From Eubacteriales bacterium (GTDB taxonomy: Bacteria; Bacillota; Clostridia; Oscillospirales; UBA644): DNA of 64,000 nt. Below, piece by piece: positions 53,534 to 63,714 of this stretch (positions within the stretch are counted from its first letter, which is position 1; every line of letters begins with the position of its first letter). The stretch covers positions 133,362 through 197,361 of the forward strand of contig JAZQKK010000019.1 of assembly GCA_045542115.1 (NCBI GenBank). Reading direction: 5' to 3'. Position numbers and translations under genes: made by a program. Below the pieces are notes generated by a model, which was not told where the DNA came from, ran no database searches, and saw only the letters and a list, made by a program, of their open reading frames with translations.

Positions 53534-53690
53534 GTGATTTTTTATAAATTTATAAAATTCATTCGTTTTGGAGATAAGAGCCAAAGATGGAAGATAAAAT
53601 TTGTAAATATTGCACAAAAACAGAGGATAAATATCGGTTTTACAACCTTTTTCTCTTGTATTATTATACATTTATGCAAATGTTTTAAGC

Positions 53691-53721
53691 AAAAAAAAGA
53701 CCGGCAGAATGTCTCTGCCGG
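53691..53721 (-). terminator. rho-independent terminator of the SGNH hydrolase gene
   Basis: Minus strand: CCGGCAGA-GACAT-TCTGCCGG followed by TCTTTTTTTT. Confidence 0.8.
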
Positions 53722-53736
53722 CAGATTGGATTCCGT

Positions 53737-54504
53737 TCAGTGGGGGAGAAAACCAACGTGGTTAAAATCCTTGTGATTGTGGCGGATGATGTAATCGGTA
53801 TAGGACAGTATCATCTTTGCCGTCAAGGCGTATCCCATCGGATTCATATGACCGTTCAGGAAGAACTTTTCCCGGAAGGCCTCGTCGTAACAAGGGGCGT
53901 AGCGATGCAGGTCAATCACGTAGCACCCGTCGAATTTCTTTGCAATTTCGTAGAGCAGTTCCGTAATTTTTGCTCCCTGCTCCGTCCACTCGGGCTTTTT
54001 GTCCCTGGGGGGCGCAATCAAGAACAGTTTTGCTCCCGGGGAGATTTCCCGATACCGTTGAAGAATCGTTCCGTAGCGGCCGGCGAAGGTTTCGGGATTG
54101 TTGTCGTGCCAATCCTCTTTTACGTCATCGGCGGTGCCCAATTGCTGATGGCAATTGAAAATATCGTTCACCCCAAGGGCAACGTAGTAGGCTTGGCATT
54201 TCAACTCCGGATTCCAGAACCCCTTTTCGTCTGCAAAGGTATCCAGATACCACTTGCAAGTCATTCCCCCCCGGGAGAAATTATAAACCTTGCTCCCGGT
54301 GGTCCGGGCCATAAACTGCCCCCAGGAATACTCGTACATATCGTAGTATCCTCTACTGCCGTCTTCTTTGAAAATCTCAAATTCTCCGGAAGAAAGGCTG
54401 TCGCCCACACAGGCTACCGTGCGAAAGATGGAGCAAAAGCCGCCGTCGTCCACCAAGCGGTCCAGGGGCTGTTCCTTTTCGTCAAAATAATGCATCCAAT
54501 CCAT
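53737..54504 (-). CDS. SGNH/GDSL-family hydrolase
   Basis: Block I VACVGDSLSSGE and a block V-like C-terminal DxxH region (NGHMNPMG). 255 aa. Confidence 0.75.
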   Translation of the reverse strand: MDWMHYFDEKEQPLDRLVDDGGFCSIFRTVACVGDSLSSGEFEIFKEDGSRGYYDMYEYSWGQFMARTTGSKVYNFSRGGMTCKWYLDTFADEKGFWNPELKCQAYYVALGVNDIFNCHQQLGTADDVKEDWHDNNPETFAGRYGTILQRYREISPGAKLFLIAPPRDKKPEWTEQGAKITELLYEIAKKFDGCYVIDLHRYAPCYDEAFREKFFLNGHMNPMGYALTAKMILSYTDYIIRHNHKDFNHVGFLPH

Positions 54505-54540
54505 TCTGTTCTCCTGAATATGTTAAAATGCTTTTTTCGA

Positions 54541-55524
54541 TTAACCTTCCATTCCTTCCAGCACACCCAAAAGGATGATACCGGCAATGGCAAGACCCAC
54601 GGCGCAGTAATGTTTCCAGGACAGTTTTTCTTTCAGGAAAATGCGGCTCCACAGGACGCTTGCCACACAGTAGGCGGAAATAATGGGGGCAGACATTGCC
54701 ACGTGCTCCGTATCGGCCAGCGCGTAGATGTAGGCAAATTGTCCGGCGGTCTCAAACACACCGCCCAGGAAGCGGGGCGCGGCCTTTTTCGGTCTTTGCA
54801 GGTCGTTTTTCGCCCACAGATACACCAAACAACCGATGGCGGCGACCAAGAAGGTCAATTCATAGGCAACGTTGGCGCTGTCTTCGTTCAACCCCTGCAC
54901 GAATCCTTGCAGGAAACCGGGGATTCCCCCCATCGTTTCCGGGTCGGCGGGGTCGGCAAGCACCAGAGAATCCGCAAAAGACCCCAGCGCGTCCAGCAAG
55001 CAATAGGCGATGGGCAAGCACAGGGCGAGCCAGGATTTGGCATACTTCCGATTGGATTTTTCCTGACGGCGGGCCCGCAGTTCTTCGTCTTCCGTGGCTT
55101 CCACCACACCCAGAGCAATGACCCCGAGGCAAATCAAGACGATGGCAACAATCTGCAACGCCGAGATTTCCGCCATTCCCATCACGATGCACAACACCGC
55201 AACCAAGGCGCCGCTGCAATTACAGATGGGGGAGGAAATGGAAAGTTCAATATACCGAAGCCCCACGTATCCCAGCACCATAGAAAATATGTAAAGAAGG
55301 GAGACGGGGAGATAGGCCAAAAGTACTTGGGGAGTAACAACAACGCCGCCAAAAATAATTTCGTACAGAGCGTGTACCCCCATAATGGTACCCACCGCGA
55401 TGACCATCCGCAGATGGGCGTGTTTATCGTTTTGTTCAGAGCAACCGATTTTGGAGAACAAATCCGACCCGCTCCAACAGAACAAAGCCAATAAGGCAAA
55501 TACAAACCAAGACATAAAATACAC
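54541..55524 (-). CDS. EamA/DMT-superfamily transporter
   Basis: 10-TM pattern with a duplicated EamA-like half. N-terminal FALLALFCWSGSDLFSKIG. Confidence 0.75.
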   Translation of the reverse strand: MYFMSWFVFALLALFCWSGSDLFSKIGCSEQNDKHAHLRMVIAVGTIMGVHALYEIIFGGVVVTPQVLLAYLPVSLLYIFSMVLGYVGLRYIELSISSPICNCSGALVAVLCIVMGMAEISALQIVAIVLICLGVIALGVVEATEDEELRARRQEKSNRKYAKSWLALCLPIAYCLLDALGSFADSLVLADPADPETMGGIPGFLQGFVQGLNEDSANVAYELTFLVAAIGCLVYLWAKNDLQRPKKAAPRFLGGVFETAGQFAYIYALADTEHVAMSAPIISAYCVASVLWSRIFLKEKLSWKHYCAVGLAIAGIILLGVLEGMEG

Positions 55525-55550
55525 CTAATTTCTTTTTATTTTTGTGAGAA

Positions 55551-55820
55551 TCAGGCGTATTTCGGCGGCGCCCGGACGGCGGAACGGTAGAACGGCAATT
55601 CGGGAAGGGAAAATTTCCGCACCTCGAACACGTGGACAAAGAACGACAATTTTCGCGTGCGGGCCCGGATATACCGTCGGTCTTCCGGCTCGGCTTTTCC
55701 CAAAAACAAGGGGCGAAGCCCCCGCATCACGGGACAATCGCTCTCTTCCCACCGTTGGAACAACGCCGCTCCCTGCCGCCGTAAGGCAGACAGAACGGTA
55801 AGAAAAAACTGTTTTATCAT
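55551..55820 (-). CDS. hypothetical basic 89-aa protein (doubtful)
   Basis: ATG 3 nt after the upstream stop, with GAAGGAAA as a possible RBS. No recognisable motif, and the composition is partly non-coding-like. Confidence 0.3.
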   Translation of the reverse strand: MIKQFFLTVLSALRRQGAALFQRWEESDCPVMRGLRPLFLGKAEPEDRRYIRARTRKLSFFVHVFEVRKFSLPELPFYRSAVRAPPKYA

Positions 55821-55823
55821 TGA

Positions 55824-56798
55824 TTATTTCCTTCTTTTGGCGGCTTTGCGGCGAAGAGATTCCGCCCGAAGGTCCGCATCGGGGAAATTGAGATTTAAAA
55901 AAGAATAGGTCAGCCGGGAATTCAACCGGGACGCATAACATTCCCCCCGCTCCTCAATGGAAAGGTTGGTGCTGATGATGGTCGGTTTTTTCCGGGTCAG
56001 ACGGGTATTGATGACCGAGTACAGGGTGGATTCCACGAAAGAAGAGTAGAATTCCGTGCCTAAATCGTCGATAATCAAAAGGTCGGCGTCCAAATAATCG
56101 TCGATGGGAAGGCCGGGTTCTTTGTTGCGGAAGGTGGCGGCTTCAAAATCGTTGAGCAGTTCCTGGACGGGGGCGTACAACACGAATTTCCCCGTGCGGA
56201 TGACCTCACAACCGATGCAGACCGACAAATAGGTCTTGCCGCATCCCGGCTCTCCCACGAAAAGAAGGTTTTGAGATTCTTCTCCGAAGGTTTTGACGTA
56301 CTTTTTGGCAAAGGCCAGCAAGTCCTTCATCTTCCCCTGCACGTCTTCGGGGTAGAGGGACAAATCGTATTTGGCAAAAGAACAACCGGAAAACAGATGG
56401 CTCATTCCCGATTCTTTTAAATATTGCTCGGAGAGAGCCTGTTTGTAACAAGCGCACAGTTCCCCATCCAAAACCCCTTCGTCGCAACAGACCGGACAAT
56501 GGTGCACCGGGTCGAGGTAGTCGGCGGGGTAGCCGTTTGCTTCCAGCAATCCCCGGATTTCTTCTTGCAGAGCCAAGGATTTGTCCCGGAAGGCCAAAAA
56601 CTTTTCTTCGCTGTCGTCCCGGTCGGCGATAAAACGGAAAAATGCGGCGTGATTTTCCTGCAATTCCCGTTCTTTTTCGGCGATGGCGGGAACGCCGGCA
56701 AAAATGGCTTCCCGACGGCGGTTTTCTTCAATCTTCGATTGGGTGCGGCGGTCTTCCATCAACTGATTGACCGCTTCCAGGCATTTGTTCTTATTCAT
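55824..56798 (-). CDS. dnaI: DnaI/DnaC-like replicative helicase loader (IstB-like AAA+ ATPase)
   Basis: Walker A GEPGCGKTYL, Walker B LLIIDDLGTE and an N-terminal Cys cluster (HHCPVCCDEG...CAC). Overlaps the upstream dnaD-like gene by 4 nt. Confidence 0.75.
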   Translation of the reverse strand: MNKNKCLEAVNQLMEDRRTQSKIEENRRREAIFAGVPAIAEKERELQENHAAFFRFIADRDDSEEKFLAFRDKSLALQEEIRGLLEANGYPADYLDPVHHCPVCCDEGVLDGELCACYKQALSEQYLKESGMSHLFSGCSFAKYDLSLYPEDVQGKMKDLLAFAKKYVKTFGEESQNLLFVGEPGCGKTYLSVCIGCEVIRTGKFVLYAPVQELLNDFEAATFRNKEPGLPIDDYLDADLLIIDDLGTEFYSSFVESTLYSVINTRLTRKKPTIISTNLSIEERGECYASRLNSRLTYSFLNLNFPDADLRAESLRRKAAKRRK

Positions 56799-57754
56799 TC
56801 TCCATCATCTCCTCGGGCAATTTCCCAGGCCAGATCCATCGCGTCGTTGGCGGCGGCGGATTTTCGGGGATGGTTTGTGGGGGCTTTGCGGGGTTTTCGG
56901 GCGGTTTTTTGCTCCGGCTTGGGAGCGGAGGCCGCCTGCTCCGGGGTCTTATATCCCGCATCGTGCCACTTGGCGAGAATCTTGTCAATGTAAGCGTAGG
57001 TATATTTCCCGGTGTTGCGGACCGTCTCGTCGTAGGCGTAGCCGATCATATCCATTCCAAAGCCCCATTCCAGGCTCCATTTCAGGAACGCCTTGCCTTC
57101 CGCGTCGGTAATGGCACGGGTGCCCAAAATACCGAACCGGGCGGCGATACGGTTGACGGTCTGTTTCTTTTCCGCTTGCTTTTGTATGTATCGTTCCGCC
57201 ATTTCAAAGGTGGTGATCCCCTCGTCGGACCACTGAATCCCCATATTGGACATCTGCCGCAGAGACATTCCGTTTTCCGACCCGTACCGCATCAACAGCG
57301 CCACCACGTCGGAAGGAAGCCCGCACCAATCCACAAGCGAAAAAATCAGAGAAGCATCCGCCGACGTCAACGGCTTTTTCAGGGTCTCCTCCGCGTGCTT
57401 GTAAAGATACCGCAACGCCGAATCCCCTTCCAGCCGCTGGGCGATGGTCTCGGGGTTGTAGGTCATAAAGTCGGTGGATTTCAATTGGGGGCGTTGGAGG
57501 GTATATTTCCCCGCCGCCTTGTACAAAACCCCCGCTTTGACCCAATATTGAAAGGCCTGTTTCAGCCGTTCTTCGTCCACGTTCAGAGTTCGCATCAAAT
57601 CGCCTTTCAGAAAGGCGGCGTTGGCGTTTCGCAACAGCAATAAAATCAGCCGCAACTCCACGTCGGGGGCGGAAATGTGCTTATCCACCACGTCGCAGGG
57701 CACGGAAAAGACCGAGGCCGATTCAAATAAGACCGTATTTTCCATCCTTGCCAT
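56795..57754 (-). CDS. DnaD-domain replication initiation protein (DnaB/DnaD-like, Firmicute type)
   Basis: 319 aa. DnaD-like repeat pattern (...IQWSDEGITTFEMAERYI..., ...IDKILAKWHDAGYKTPEQA). Operon partner of the helicase loader. Confidence 0.65.
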   Translation of the reverse strand: MARMENTVLFESASVFSVPCDVVDKHISAPDVELRLILLLLRNANAAFLKGDLMRTLNVDEERLKQAFQYWVKAGVLYKAAGKYTLQRPQLKSTDFMTYNPETIAQRLEGDSALRYLYKHAEETLKKPLTSADASLIFSLVDWCGLPSDVVALLMRYGSENGMSLRQMSNMGIQWSDEGITTFEMAERYIQKQAEKKQTVNRIAARFGILGTRAITDAEGKAFLKWSLEWGFGMDMIGYAYDETVRNTGKYTYAYIDKILAKWHDAGYKTPEQAASAPKPEQKTARKPRKAPTNHPRKSAAANDAMDLAWEIARGDDGE

Positions 57755-57760
57755 CCTTTC

Positions 57761-58222
57761 TCAGCGTTCTATCTTCATTGAGCGTTCCATCTCCCGCTTG
57801 GCCGATTGCTTGGCGGCGGATTCCCGCTTGTCGTACAATTTTTTCCCCTTGCAAAGACCCAATTCCACCTTCACGTAGGGACCTTTCAGATAAACTTGCA
57901 GGGGGATGATGGAATATCCGTCCTGCTTGGCCTTTCCGAAAAGGCGGTCAATTTCCTTGCGGTGCAACAACAATTTTCGCTCCCGCAAGGGGTCTTTGTT
58001 GAAAATGTTTCCCTTCTCATAGGGGGAAATATGTGCCCCCAGCAGGAACAGTTCTCCTCCCTTGACCGAACAGTAGGAATCTTTCAGATTCACGCGACCC
58101 TGACGGACCGATTTCACTTCCGTGCCGGCCAGAGAAATGCCGGCTTCCATCTTCTCTTCCACAAAATAATCGTGGTACGCCTTTTTGTTGTTGGCGATGA
58201 CCTTCACCGAAGCATTTTTCAT
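57761..58222 (-). CDS. smpB: SsrA-binding protein SmpB
   Basis: [30 protein letters not shown] signature. Start moved to the ATG at 58222 (RBS AAAGGAG). Confidence 0.92.
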   Translation of the reverse strand: MKNASVKVIANNKKAYHDYFVEEKMEAGISLAGTEVKSVRQGRVNLKDSYCSVKGGELFLLGAHISPYEKGNIFNKDPLRERKLLLHRKEIDRLFGKAKQDGYSIIPLQVYLKGPYVKVELGLCKGKKLYDKRESAAKQSAKREMERSMKIER

Positions 58223-58270
58223 CGGGAGACTCCTTTCTTGAACGGTTAAAACGGGAAACACCTTCGTGGG

Positions 58271-58351
58271 CTTACAGTTTGCTCATTCCGTATTCTGCGG
58301 GCCTCCCCCTGGAAGGGGAAGGCTTAGAGTTTGCTCATTACGTATTCGGCG
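58271..58351. repeat. 29-nt direct duplication of the icd 3' end flanking a GC hairpin
   Basis: CTTACAGTTTGCTCATTCCGTATTCTGCG (58271-58299) and CTTAGAGTTTGCTCATTACGTATTCGGCG (58323-58351) match at 26/29 positions. The hairpin GCCTCCCCC-TGGAA-GGGGAAGGC lies between them. Confidence 0.7.
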
Positions 58352-59478
58352 TATTCGTCGCCGGTGCAGCCGGTGTCCCGGCCGGTCATCACCAGTTTCC
58401 GCTCGGTGAACATACATTCATCCAAGGCGGCGGACAGCTTGTCAGACTGTTCCTGATATCCGATGTGGGACAGAAGCAGAACGGCGGCGCGGAGCATCGA
58501 CGAGGGGTCGGCGTACTTGGCACGGCCTTCCCGGACCATCCGGGGAGCGTCGCCGTGGATGGCTTCGAACATCGCGTATTTTTTCCCGATGTTGGCGGAA
58601 CCGGCGGTTCCCACCCCGCCCTGGAATTCGGCGGCTTCGTCGGTGATGATATCCCCGTACAAATTGGGAAGCACGAAGACCTGGAAATCGCGACGGCGTT
58701 TTTCGTCAATCAGCTTGGCGGTCATAATATCAATGAACCATTCGTTCAACTGAATGTCGGGATACCCTTCGGCGACCTTGTGGCAATGTTCCAGGAATTT
58801 TCCGTCGGTGGTCTTGATGATGTTGGCCTTCGTGACCACTTCTACCCGGGTCTTGCCGTTCTTTTTGGCGTAATCAAAAGCAATTTCCGCAATTCGGTCA
58901 CACCCCTGGGAGGTGGCAACGGTAAAGTCGATGCCCAAATCTTCGGTGACGTTCACGCCCTTGGAACCCACGGCATAACCGCCTTCGGTGTTTTCCCGGA
59001 AGAAGGTCCAGTCAATGCCCTGGTCGGGAACTTTGACGGGGCGAACGTTGGCAAACAGGTCGAGAGCCTTCCGCATTGCCACGTTGGCGGATTCGATATT
59101 GGGGTATCCGTCTCCGGCGTTGGGAGTGTGGGTGGGGCCTTTCAGGATAACGTGGCAGGCTTTTAATTCTTCCATCACGTCGTCGGGGATGGCTTTCATC
59201 ACCTTGACGCGGTTTTCGATGGTCAACCCGTCAATGTCCCGGAATTCCACTTTTCCGGCCTTCACTTCGTCGGCCAAAAGGTGTTCCAGAACCCGTTTGG
59301 ACTGGGCGGTGATGGTGGGACCGATGCCGTCGCCACCGCAAACGCCGATGATAATCTTGTCCAATTTTCCGTAGTCGATGAAATCCCCTTGGGCTTTCAG
59401 ACCGTCTACCCGTTTCAGCTGTTCTTCCAGCAGAGCGGCAAATTTTTCGGTAGCCGCTTGAATCTGAGCTTCGTACAT
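58324..59478 (-). CDS. icd: isocitrate / isopropylmalate dehydrogenase-family enzyme (probable isocitrate dehydrogenase)
   Basis: NLYGDIITDEAA family signature and GDGIGPTIT. 384 aa. Downstream of aconitase in the same orientation. Confidence 0.8.
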   Translation of the reverse strand: MYEAQIQAATEKFAALLEEQLKRVDGLKAQGDFIDYGKLDKIIIGVCGGDGIGPTITAQSKRVLEHLLADEVKAGKVEFRDIDGLTIENRVKVMKAIPDDVMEELKACHVILKGPTHTPNAGDGYPNIESANVAMRKALDLFANVRPVKVPDQGIDWTFFRENTEGGYAVGSKGVNVTEDLGIDFTVATSQGCDRIAEIAFDYAKKNGKTRVEVVTKANIIKTTDGKFLEHCHKVAEGYPDIQLNEWFIDIMTAKLIDEKRRRDFQVFVLPNLYGDIITDEAAEFQGGVGTAGSANIGKKYAMFEAIHGDAPRMVREGRAKYADPSSMLRAAVLLLSHIGYQEQSDKLSAALDECMFTERKLVMTGRDTGCTGDEYAEYVMSKL

Positions 59479-59533
59479 AACTATATTCTCCTTTGATAAA
59501 TTGAAAAAAATTCACAAAATTCACATTTTTCCG

Positions 59534-59905
59534 TCACCGGGCCGCATCTGCCTTCACCGCACCGGACAATCCGAACAGGGGAAGGGGGAAAAAGACCCAC
59601 ACCACGGGAATCTCCCACAACAGAATGGAAATCGTCAACGCCGCCGCCGTCAAAAGGACCATCAGCCCCTCCACAGTACGGACAAGCACAGTGCTTTCCC
59701 TTGGGGTGGCGCGCAAAGAGGCCCGCCGCAGAATGGCGAACACGCACCATCGCAAAAGCCCCATCGTCACCGCCGCCCATACCATCGCCAAAAGAAGACC
59801 TGGTCCGCCGGGAACCACGGCCAACAAGACGATATCCAAGGTCAGGCAACCCAAAATCAACACCGGCAACAAAAATCTATCCAGACCTGCAATCAAGCGC
59901 TTCAT
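59534..59905 (-). CDS. hypothetical small membrane protein (123 aa, 3-4 TM)
   Basis: Starts 3 nt after the aconitase stop. Hydrophobic segments throughout. Confidence 0.45.
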   Translation of the reverse strand: MKRLIAGLDRFLLPVLILGCLTLDIVLLAVVPGGPGLLLAMVWAAVTMGLLRWCVFAILRRASLRATPRESTVLVRTVEGLMVLLTAAALTISILLWEIPVVWVFFPLPLFGLSGAVKADAAR

Positions 59906-59908
59906 AAC

Positions 59909-61828
59909 TCAGGCGTTTTTCGTGGCGTTGAGAAGACCGCCGGCCAGAATCATCTTCTTCTGACGGTCGGTAAAGACGGTAGCCAGAGGAATTTCAATGC
60001 CCTTGGTCTTGTTGATAAGGACCATCGGCGTGCCGTCTTCCACGTTCTTGCGAATGCCGGGGATCTCCAATTCGTCCCCTTGTTCAATGCGGTCGTAGTC
60101 CGCCTCGTTTTCAAAGGTCAGGGGCAAAATGCCGGAGTTGATAAGGTTTGCCGCGTGGATACGGGCGAAAGATTTGGCAACCACGGCCTTCACACCCAAA
60201 TACAGGGGAACCAGCGCCGCGTGCTCTCTGGAAGAGCCCTGGCCGTAGTTCTGCCCGCCGATCACAAAGCCGCCGCCCCATTCCAGCGCCCGTTCGGGGA
60301 AGGATTTATCGCAGACCCCAAAGCAGAACTGGGACAGGTAGGGAATGTTGGACCGATAAGGCAGAATCTTCGCCCCTGCCGGCATAATGTGGTCGGTAGT
60401 GATGTTGTCCCCCACCTTCAAGACCGCCTTGGCAGAAAGAACTTCGGGCAATTCTTTGTTCAGGGGGAAGGGTTTGATGTTGGGCCCGTAGAGAACTTCG
60501 CGTTCTTCGTCCGCGGGATAGGGTTTGATAATCATATTATCGTTGATATCGAACTTTTGAGGCATTTCCACCGTCAGATCGGGAACGTTTTCCATCGGGT
60601 CGGTAAACACGCCGGTGAGGGCGGAAACAGCGGCGGTTTCGGGGGAAACCAGATAAATCTGTCCGTCTGCCGTTCCGGAACGACCTTCAAAATTCCGGTT
60701 AAAGGTCCGCAACGAGACCCCGTTGGAATTGGGAGCCTGCCCCATTCCGATACAGGGACCGCAAGCACATTCCAGAATCCGGGCGCCGGAAGCGATAATA
60801 TCGCTCAAAGCCCCGTTCTTGGCCAACATATCCAACACCTGCTTGGAGCCGGGAGCGATGACCAAAGAAACGTGTTCCGCCACCGTCTTCCCTTTCAGAA
60901 TCTTGGCGACCTTCATCAGGTCTAAGTAAGAAGAGTTGGTGCAAGAACCGATACACACCTGGTCAATCTTCTTTCCGGCCAAATCCCGGATGGGTTTGAT
61001 GTTGTCGGGAGAGTGGGGGCAAGCGGCAAGGGGTTCCAATTCGCCCAGGTCGATGTCGATAATGCGGGAATATTCCGCGTCTTCGTCCGCTTCCAGGGGG
61101 AAGAAATCTCCCCCGCGGTTTTGGGCGTTCATAAAGGCCGCAGTCACGTCATCCGCAGGGAAAATAGAGGTGGTAGCCCCCAGTTCCGCACCCATATTGG
61201 TGATGGTTGCCCGTTCGGGAACCGACAGAGATGATAAATCGCCGCCGTATTCGATGACCTTTCCAACGCCGCCTTTGACCGACAGGATTTCCAACAGTTT
61301 CAGAATAATATCTTTCGCCGCAACGCCGGGACGGAGTTTGCCGTGAAGGTTAACTTTGATGACCTCGGGCATATTCAGGTGGAAGGCACCGCCCCCCATC
61401 GCCACCGCCACGTCCAGACCGCCGGCGCCGATGGCCATCATCCCAAGGCCGCCGCCAGTGGGGGTATGAGAGTCGCTTCCCAAAAGCGTCTTGCCGGGAA
61501 CACCGAACCGTTCCAGATGCACCTGATGGCAGATGCCGTTGCCGGGACGGGAATAATACAGGCCGTATTTGGCACAGCACGACTGAATATACCGATGGTC
61601 GTCGGCATTTTCAAAGCCGGTCTGCAAGGTGTTGTGGTCGATGTAAGCCACGGAACATTCGGTCTTGACCCGAGGAATCCCGATGGCTTCAAATTGCAGA
61701 TACGCCATCGTGCCCGTAGCGTCCTGGGTCAGCGTCTGGTCGATCCGAATGGCGATTTCCTTCCCGGGAATCATTTCCCCGGACACCAAATGCTTTTTGA
61801 TGATTTTTTGAGCAAGATTCATTCCCAT
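59909..61828 (-). CDS. acn: aconitate hydratase (short, ~640-aa bacterial type)
   Basis: LGSDSHTPTGG and CIGSCTNSSY Fe-S cluster motifs. Start moved to the ATG at 61828 (RBS AGGAGAA; MGMNLAQKIIKKHL). Confidence 0.9.
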   Translation of the reverse strand: MGMNLAQKIIKKHLVSGEMIPGKEIAIRIDQTLTQDATGTMAYLQFEAIGIPRVKTECSVAYIDHNTLQTGFENADDHRYIQSCCAKYGLYYSRPGNGICHQVHLERFGVPGKTLLGSDSHTPTGGGLGMMAIGAGGLDVAVAMGGGAFHLNMPEVIKVNLHGKLRPGVAAKDIILKLLEILSVKGGVGKVIEYGGDLSSLSVPERATITNMGAELGATTSIFPADDVTAAFMNAQNRGGDFFPLEADEDAEYSRIIDIDLGELEPLAACPHSPDNIKPIRDLAGKKIDQVCIGSCTNSSYLDLMKVAKILKGKTVAEHVSLVIAPGSKQVLDMLAKNGALSDIIASGARILECACGPCIGMGQAPNSNGVSLRTFNRNFEGRSGTADGQIYLVSPETAAVSALTGVFTDPMENVPDLTVEMPQKFDINDNMIIKPYPADEEREVLYGPNIKPFPLNKELPEVLSAKAVLKVGDNITTDHIMPAGAKILPYRSNIPYLSQFCFGVCDKSFPERALEWGGGFVIGGQNYGQGSSREHAALVPLYLGVKAVVAKSFARIHAANLINSGILPLTFENEADYDRIEQGDELEIPGIRKNVEDGTPMVLINKTKGIEIPLATVFTDRQKKMILAGGLLNATKNA

Positions 61829-61938
61829 TGATTGTTTTCTCCTATCCTGGGTAATACTGTACCAAGCCGCGGAACAGGGAGGGCAAAAACGCCTTCCGCA
61901 AGCCGACACTATCCTATTTTAATAGTTTATAATAATTT

Positions 61939-61967
61939 ATTATACACGATACGGAAGGGTTTGTCAA
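61939..61967 (-). promoter_or_regulatory. perfect consensus promoter of the acn-icd operon
   Basis: Minus strand: TTGACA (61967-61962), 17 nt spacer, TATAAT (61944-61939). Confidence 0.7.
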
Positions 61968-62025
61968 GAATTTCTTTTGAAAAAGACGGATTTGTTCGCA
62001 TTTTTTTTGCAACCCGGACCCCCAT

Positions 62026-62054
62026 TTGACAATCGGCGGAAATTGTGGTATACT
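62026..62054 (+). promoter_or_regulatory. promoter of the lipoprotein gene
   Basis: TTGACA (62026-62031), 17 nt spacer, TGG-TATACT (62049-62054). Confidence 0.65.
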
Positions 62055-62160
62055 TTAACAAACGCAACGGGCCGCGGCAGGGATATAAAAATCACATCTC
62101 CGCCCCTTCGGGCGAACCCCTGAACCACGGTCTATTTTCCTTTTCGAAAGGAGAAAATAA

Positions 62161-63714
62161 ATGAGAATAAGAAGTATTCTTAGTATTTTTTTGGCCGGAA
62201 TCCTGCTTCTTCTGTGCGGTTGTTCCAACGTTCCGGAAGACCACTACGACGTGGAGGAAGCCGGCAAGATGCGGGAAGACCGGCAGGTCTATCTGACGGT
62301 TTGGTCCTGGCAGATTACGTCGGACGAAGAGGCGCAAGCCTATGCAGCAAAGGCGAAGGAATATGGCTTTACCGCCGTGGATTTCGGCATTTTATGGACG
62401 AAATTCGAGCCGCTGCAAGACCATTTCGAATGGACGTATCTGGACCAAGTGGTCAAGACCTTCACCGATGCCGGGTTGTACGTCTCTCTGCAACCCCTGT
62501 TCTGGACGAAGGATTTGTCCTGGGCACACAATCTTGCCCTTCAAGAAACAAAGACCCGAAAGGTCTATGAAGTGGAAGGGCGCGGGTCGTATCTCTCTTT
62601 TTCCGACCCGAAGACCCGGATGATTCTGGAAAACTCCCTGCTGAACTTTGCCCTTCACGCTTCTCAGACCTACGGAACGAATCTGACCCGCTGGGGCGTG
62701 CGGCTTTCCTGCTTTGGAGAATTGGACTATTCAGTAAATGAAAGTTTGGATTTTTCCGGTGCTGCGGCACGGGAATTTTACGATTATCTCAAAGAAATTT
62801 ACGGAACCTGGGGAAATTTGGCGGAAAAGAAAAATCTGCCCATCGCCACCCGGGAAGACTTGGAAGCAATGTCTTTGTCCGATATTTCGGCGGCTTGTCC
62901 CGGCGAGTGGCGGCGGTTCCGCCAGGAGAGTCTGTTTCGGATCGTGGATACCGTTACGACAATCTATCGGAGCGTAGATAAAACCATTCCTATCCTGTTT
63001 TCTTTGGGGACCTTCGGAAACGGAATGAACACCGCCTATTCCGGAGTCGTGGATTTGTGGTCCGCCACCGCAGAGCGGGACGTGGACATTATCGGTCTCT
63101 CCTTTTGCGACGGAGCCGACCCGAAGATGATGTTGTCCCTACTCTCGTCGCTGACCACCAAGAAAATCGCTGTGGAAGTGGACGGAGCCTGGGCCTTGGA
63201 AGAAGGACGGGACATTTCTTCCCAAGTGGCTCTCTGCGGAAATTACGGCGTGTTCTCTCTTGCCACGGCAAACTTCACCTTAGAACAATTGGACACTCAT
63301 AAAAACACATTGACCGGTTATCCGGCGCTGTTTTTTACCGAACCGTCCTTGGGCGAACGGGACCCGGGACAGGGAATTTTGATTCTCTCCAACGGCCTTG
63401 CCCAGGCAGACCCACCCCCTTCGTACGATGCGTTGTACGGAGATATTTTCCAAAAACTGTCGGAAAACGGGGCTCGTCCCGTACGGTTCGTCACCGAACA
63501 ACAGATTGCTTCCGGAGAGATTTCTCTGGAAGGTGTCAAAACGCTGTATGCCGGTAATATCAATGGTTCCGCCCCCGTAAGCCTTGCCTTTGCCGAGGCC
63601 TTTGCAGCCACGGAAACCACCCTGTACGGCAACGTAACCTTCACCGCCTTGGACGGCTCTGCCCTGCCGGAAGAGACGGCGTCCGCCCTCTCCGCCCGGG
63701 TGCAGGCACAATAA
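62161..63714 (+). CDS. lipoprotein with a GH42-like / TIM-barrel glycosidase-like N-terminal region (function uncertain)
   Basis: Lipobox LLLLCGC. AKEYGFTAVDFGILWTKFEPLQDHFEWTYLDQVV resembles the opening of GH42/GH35-type barrels. 517 aa. Confidence 0.6.
   Translation: MRIRSILSIFLAGILLLLCGCSNVPEDHYDVEEAGKMREDRQVYLTVWSWQITSDEEAQAYAAKAKEYGFTAVDFGILWTKFEPLQDHFEWTYLDQVVKTFTDAGLYVSLQPLFWTKDLSWAHNLALQETKTRKVYEVEGRGSYLSFSDPKTRMILENSLLNFALHASQTYGTNLTRWGVRLSCFGELDYSVNESLDFSGAAAREFYDYLKEIYGTWGNLAEKKNLPIATREDLEAMSLSDISAACPGEWRRFRQESLFRIVDTVTTIYRSVDKTIPILFSLGTFGNGMNTAYSGVVDLWSATAERDVDIIGLSFCDGADPKMMLSLLSSLTTKKIAVEVDGAWALEEGRDISSQVALCGNYGVFSLATANFTLEQLDTHKNTLTGYPALFFTEPSLGERDPGQGILILSNGLAQADPPPSYDALYGDIFQKLSENGARPVRFVTEQQIASGEISLEGVKTLYAGNINGSAPVSLAFAEAFAATETTLYGNVTFTALDGSALPEETASALSARVQAQ

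Noticed and set aside
55525-55941. 138-aa ORF overlapping the 3' end of the dnaI-like gene, and the 299-nt region as a possible RNA gene.
   Set aside because: The overlap with a confident CDS and the non-protein-like composition argue against it. I saw no promoter/terminator pair or conserved RNA motif. Only the 89-aa ORF is retained, at low confidence.
57755-58330. tmRNA (ssrA) next to smpB.
   Set aside because: No GGGG...tRNA-like acceptor/T-arm sequence (GGTTCGA.TCC...CCA) is present in the flanks. The flanking space is too short. ssrA must lie elsewhere.
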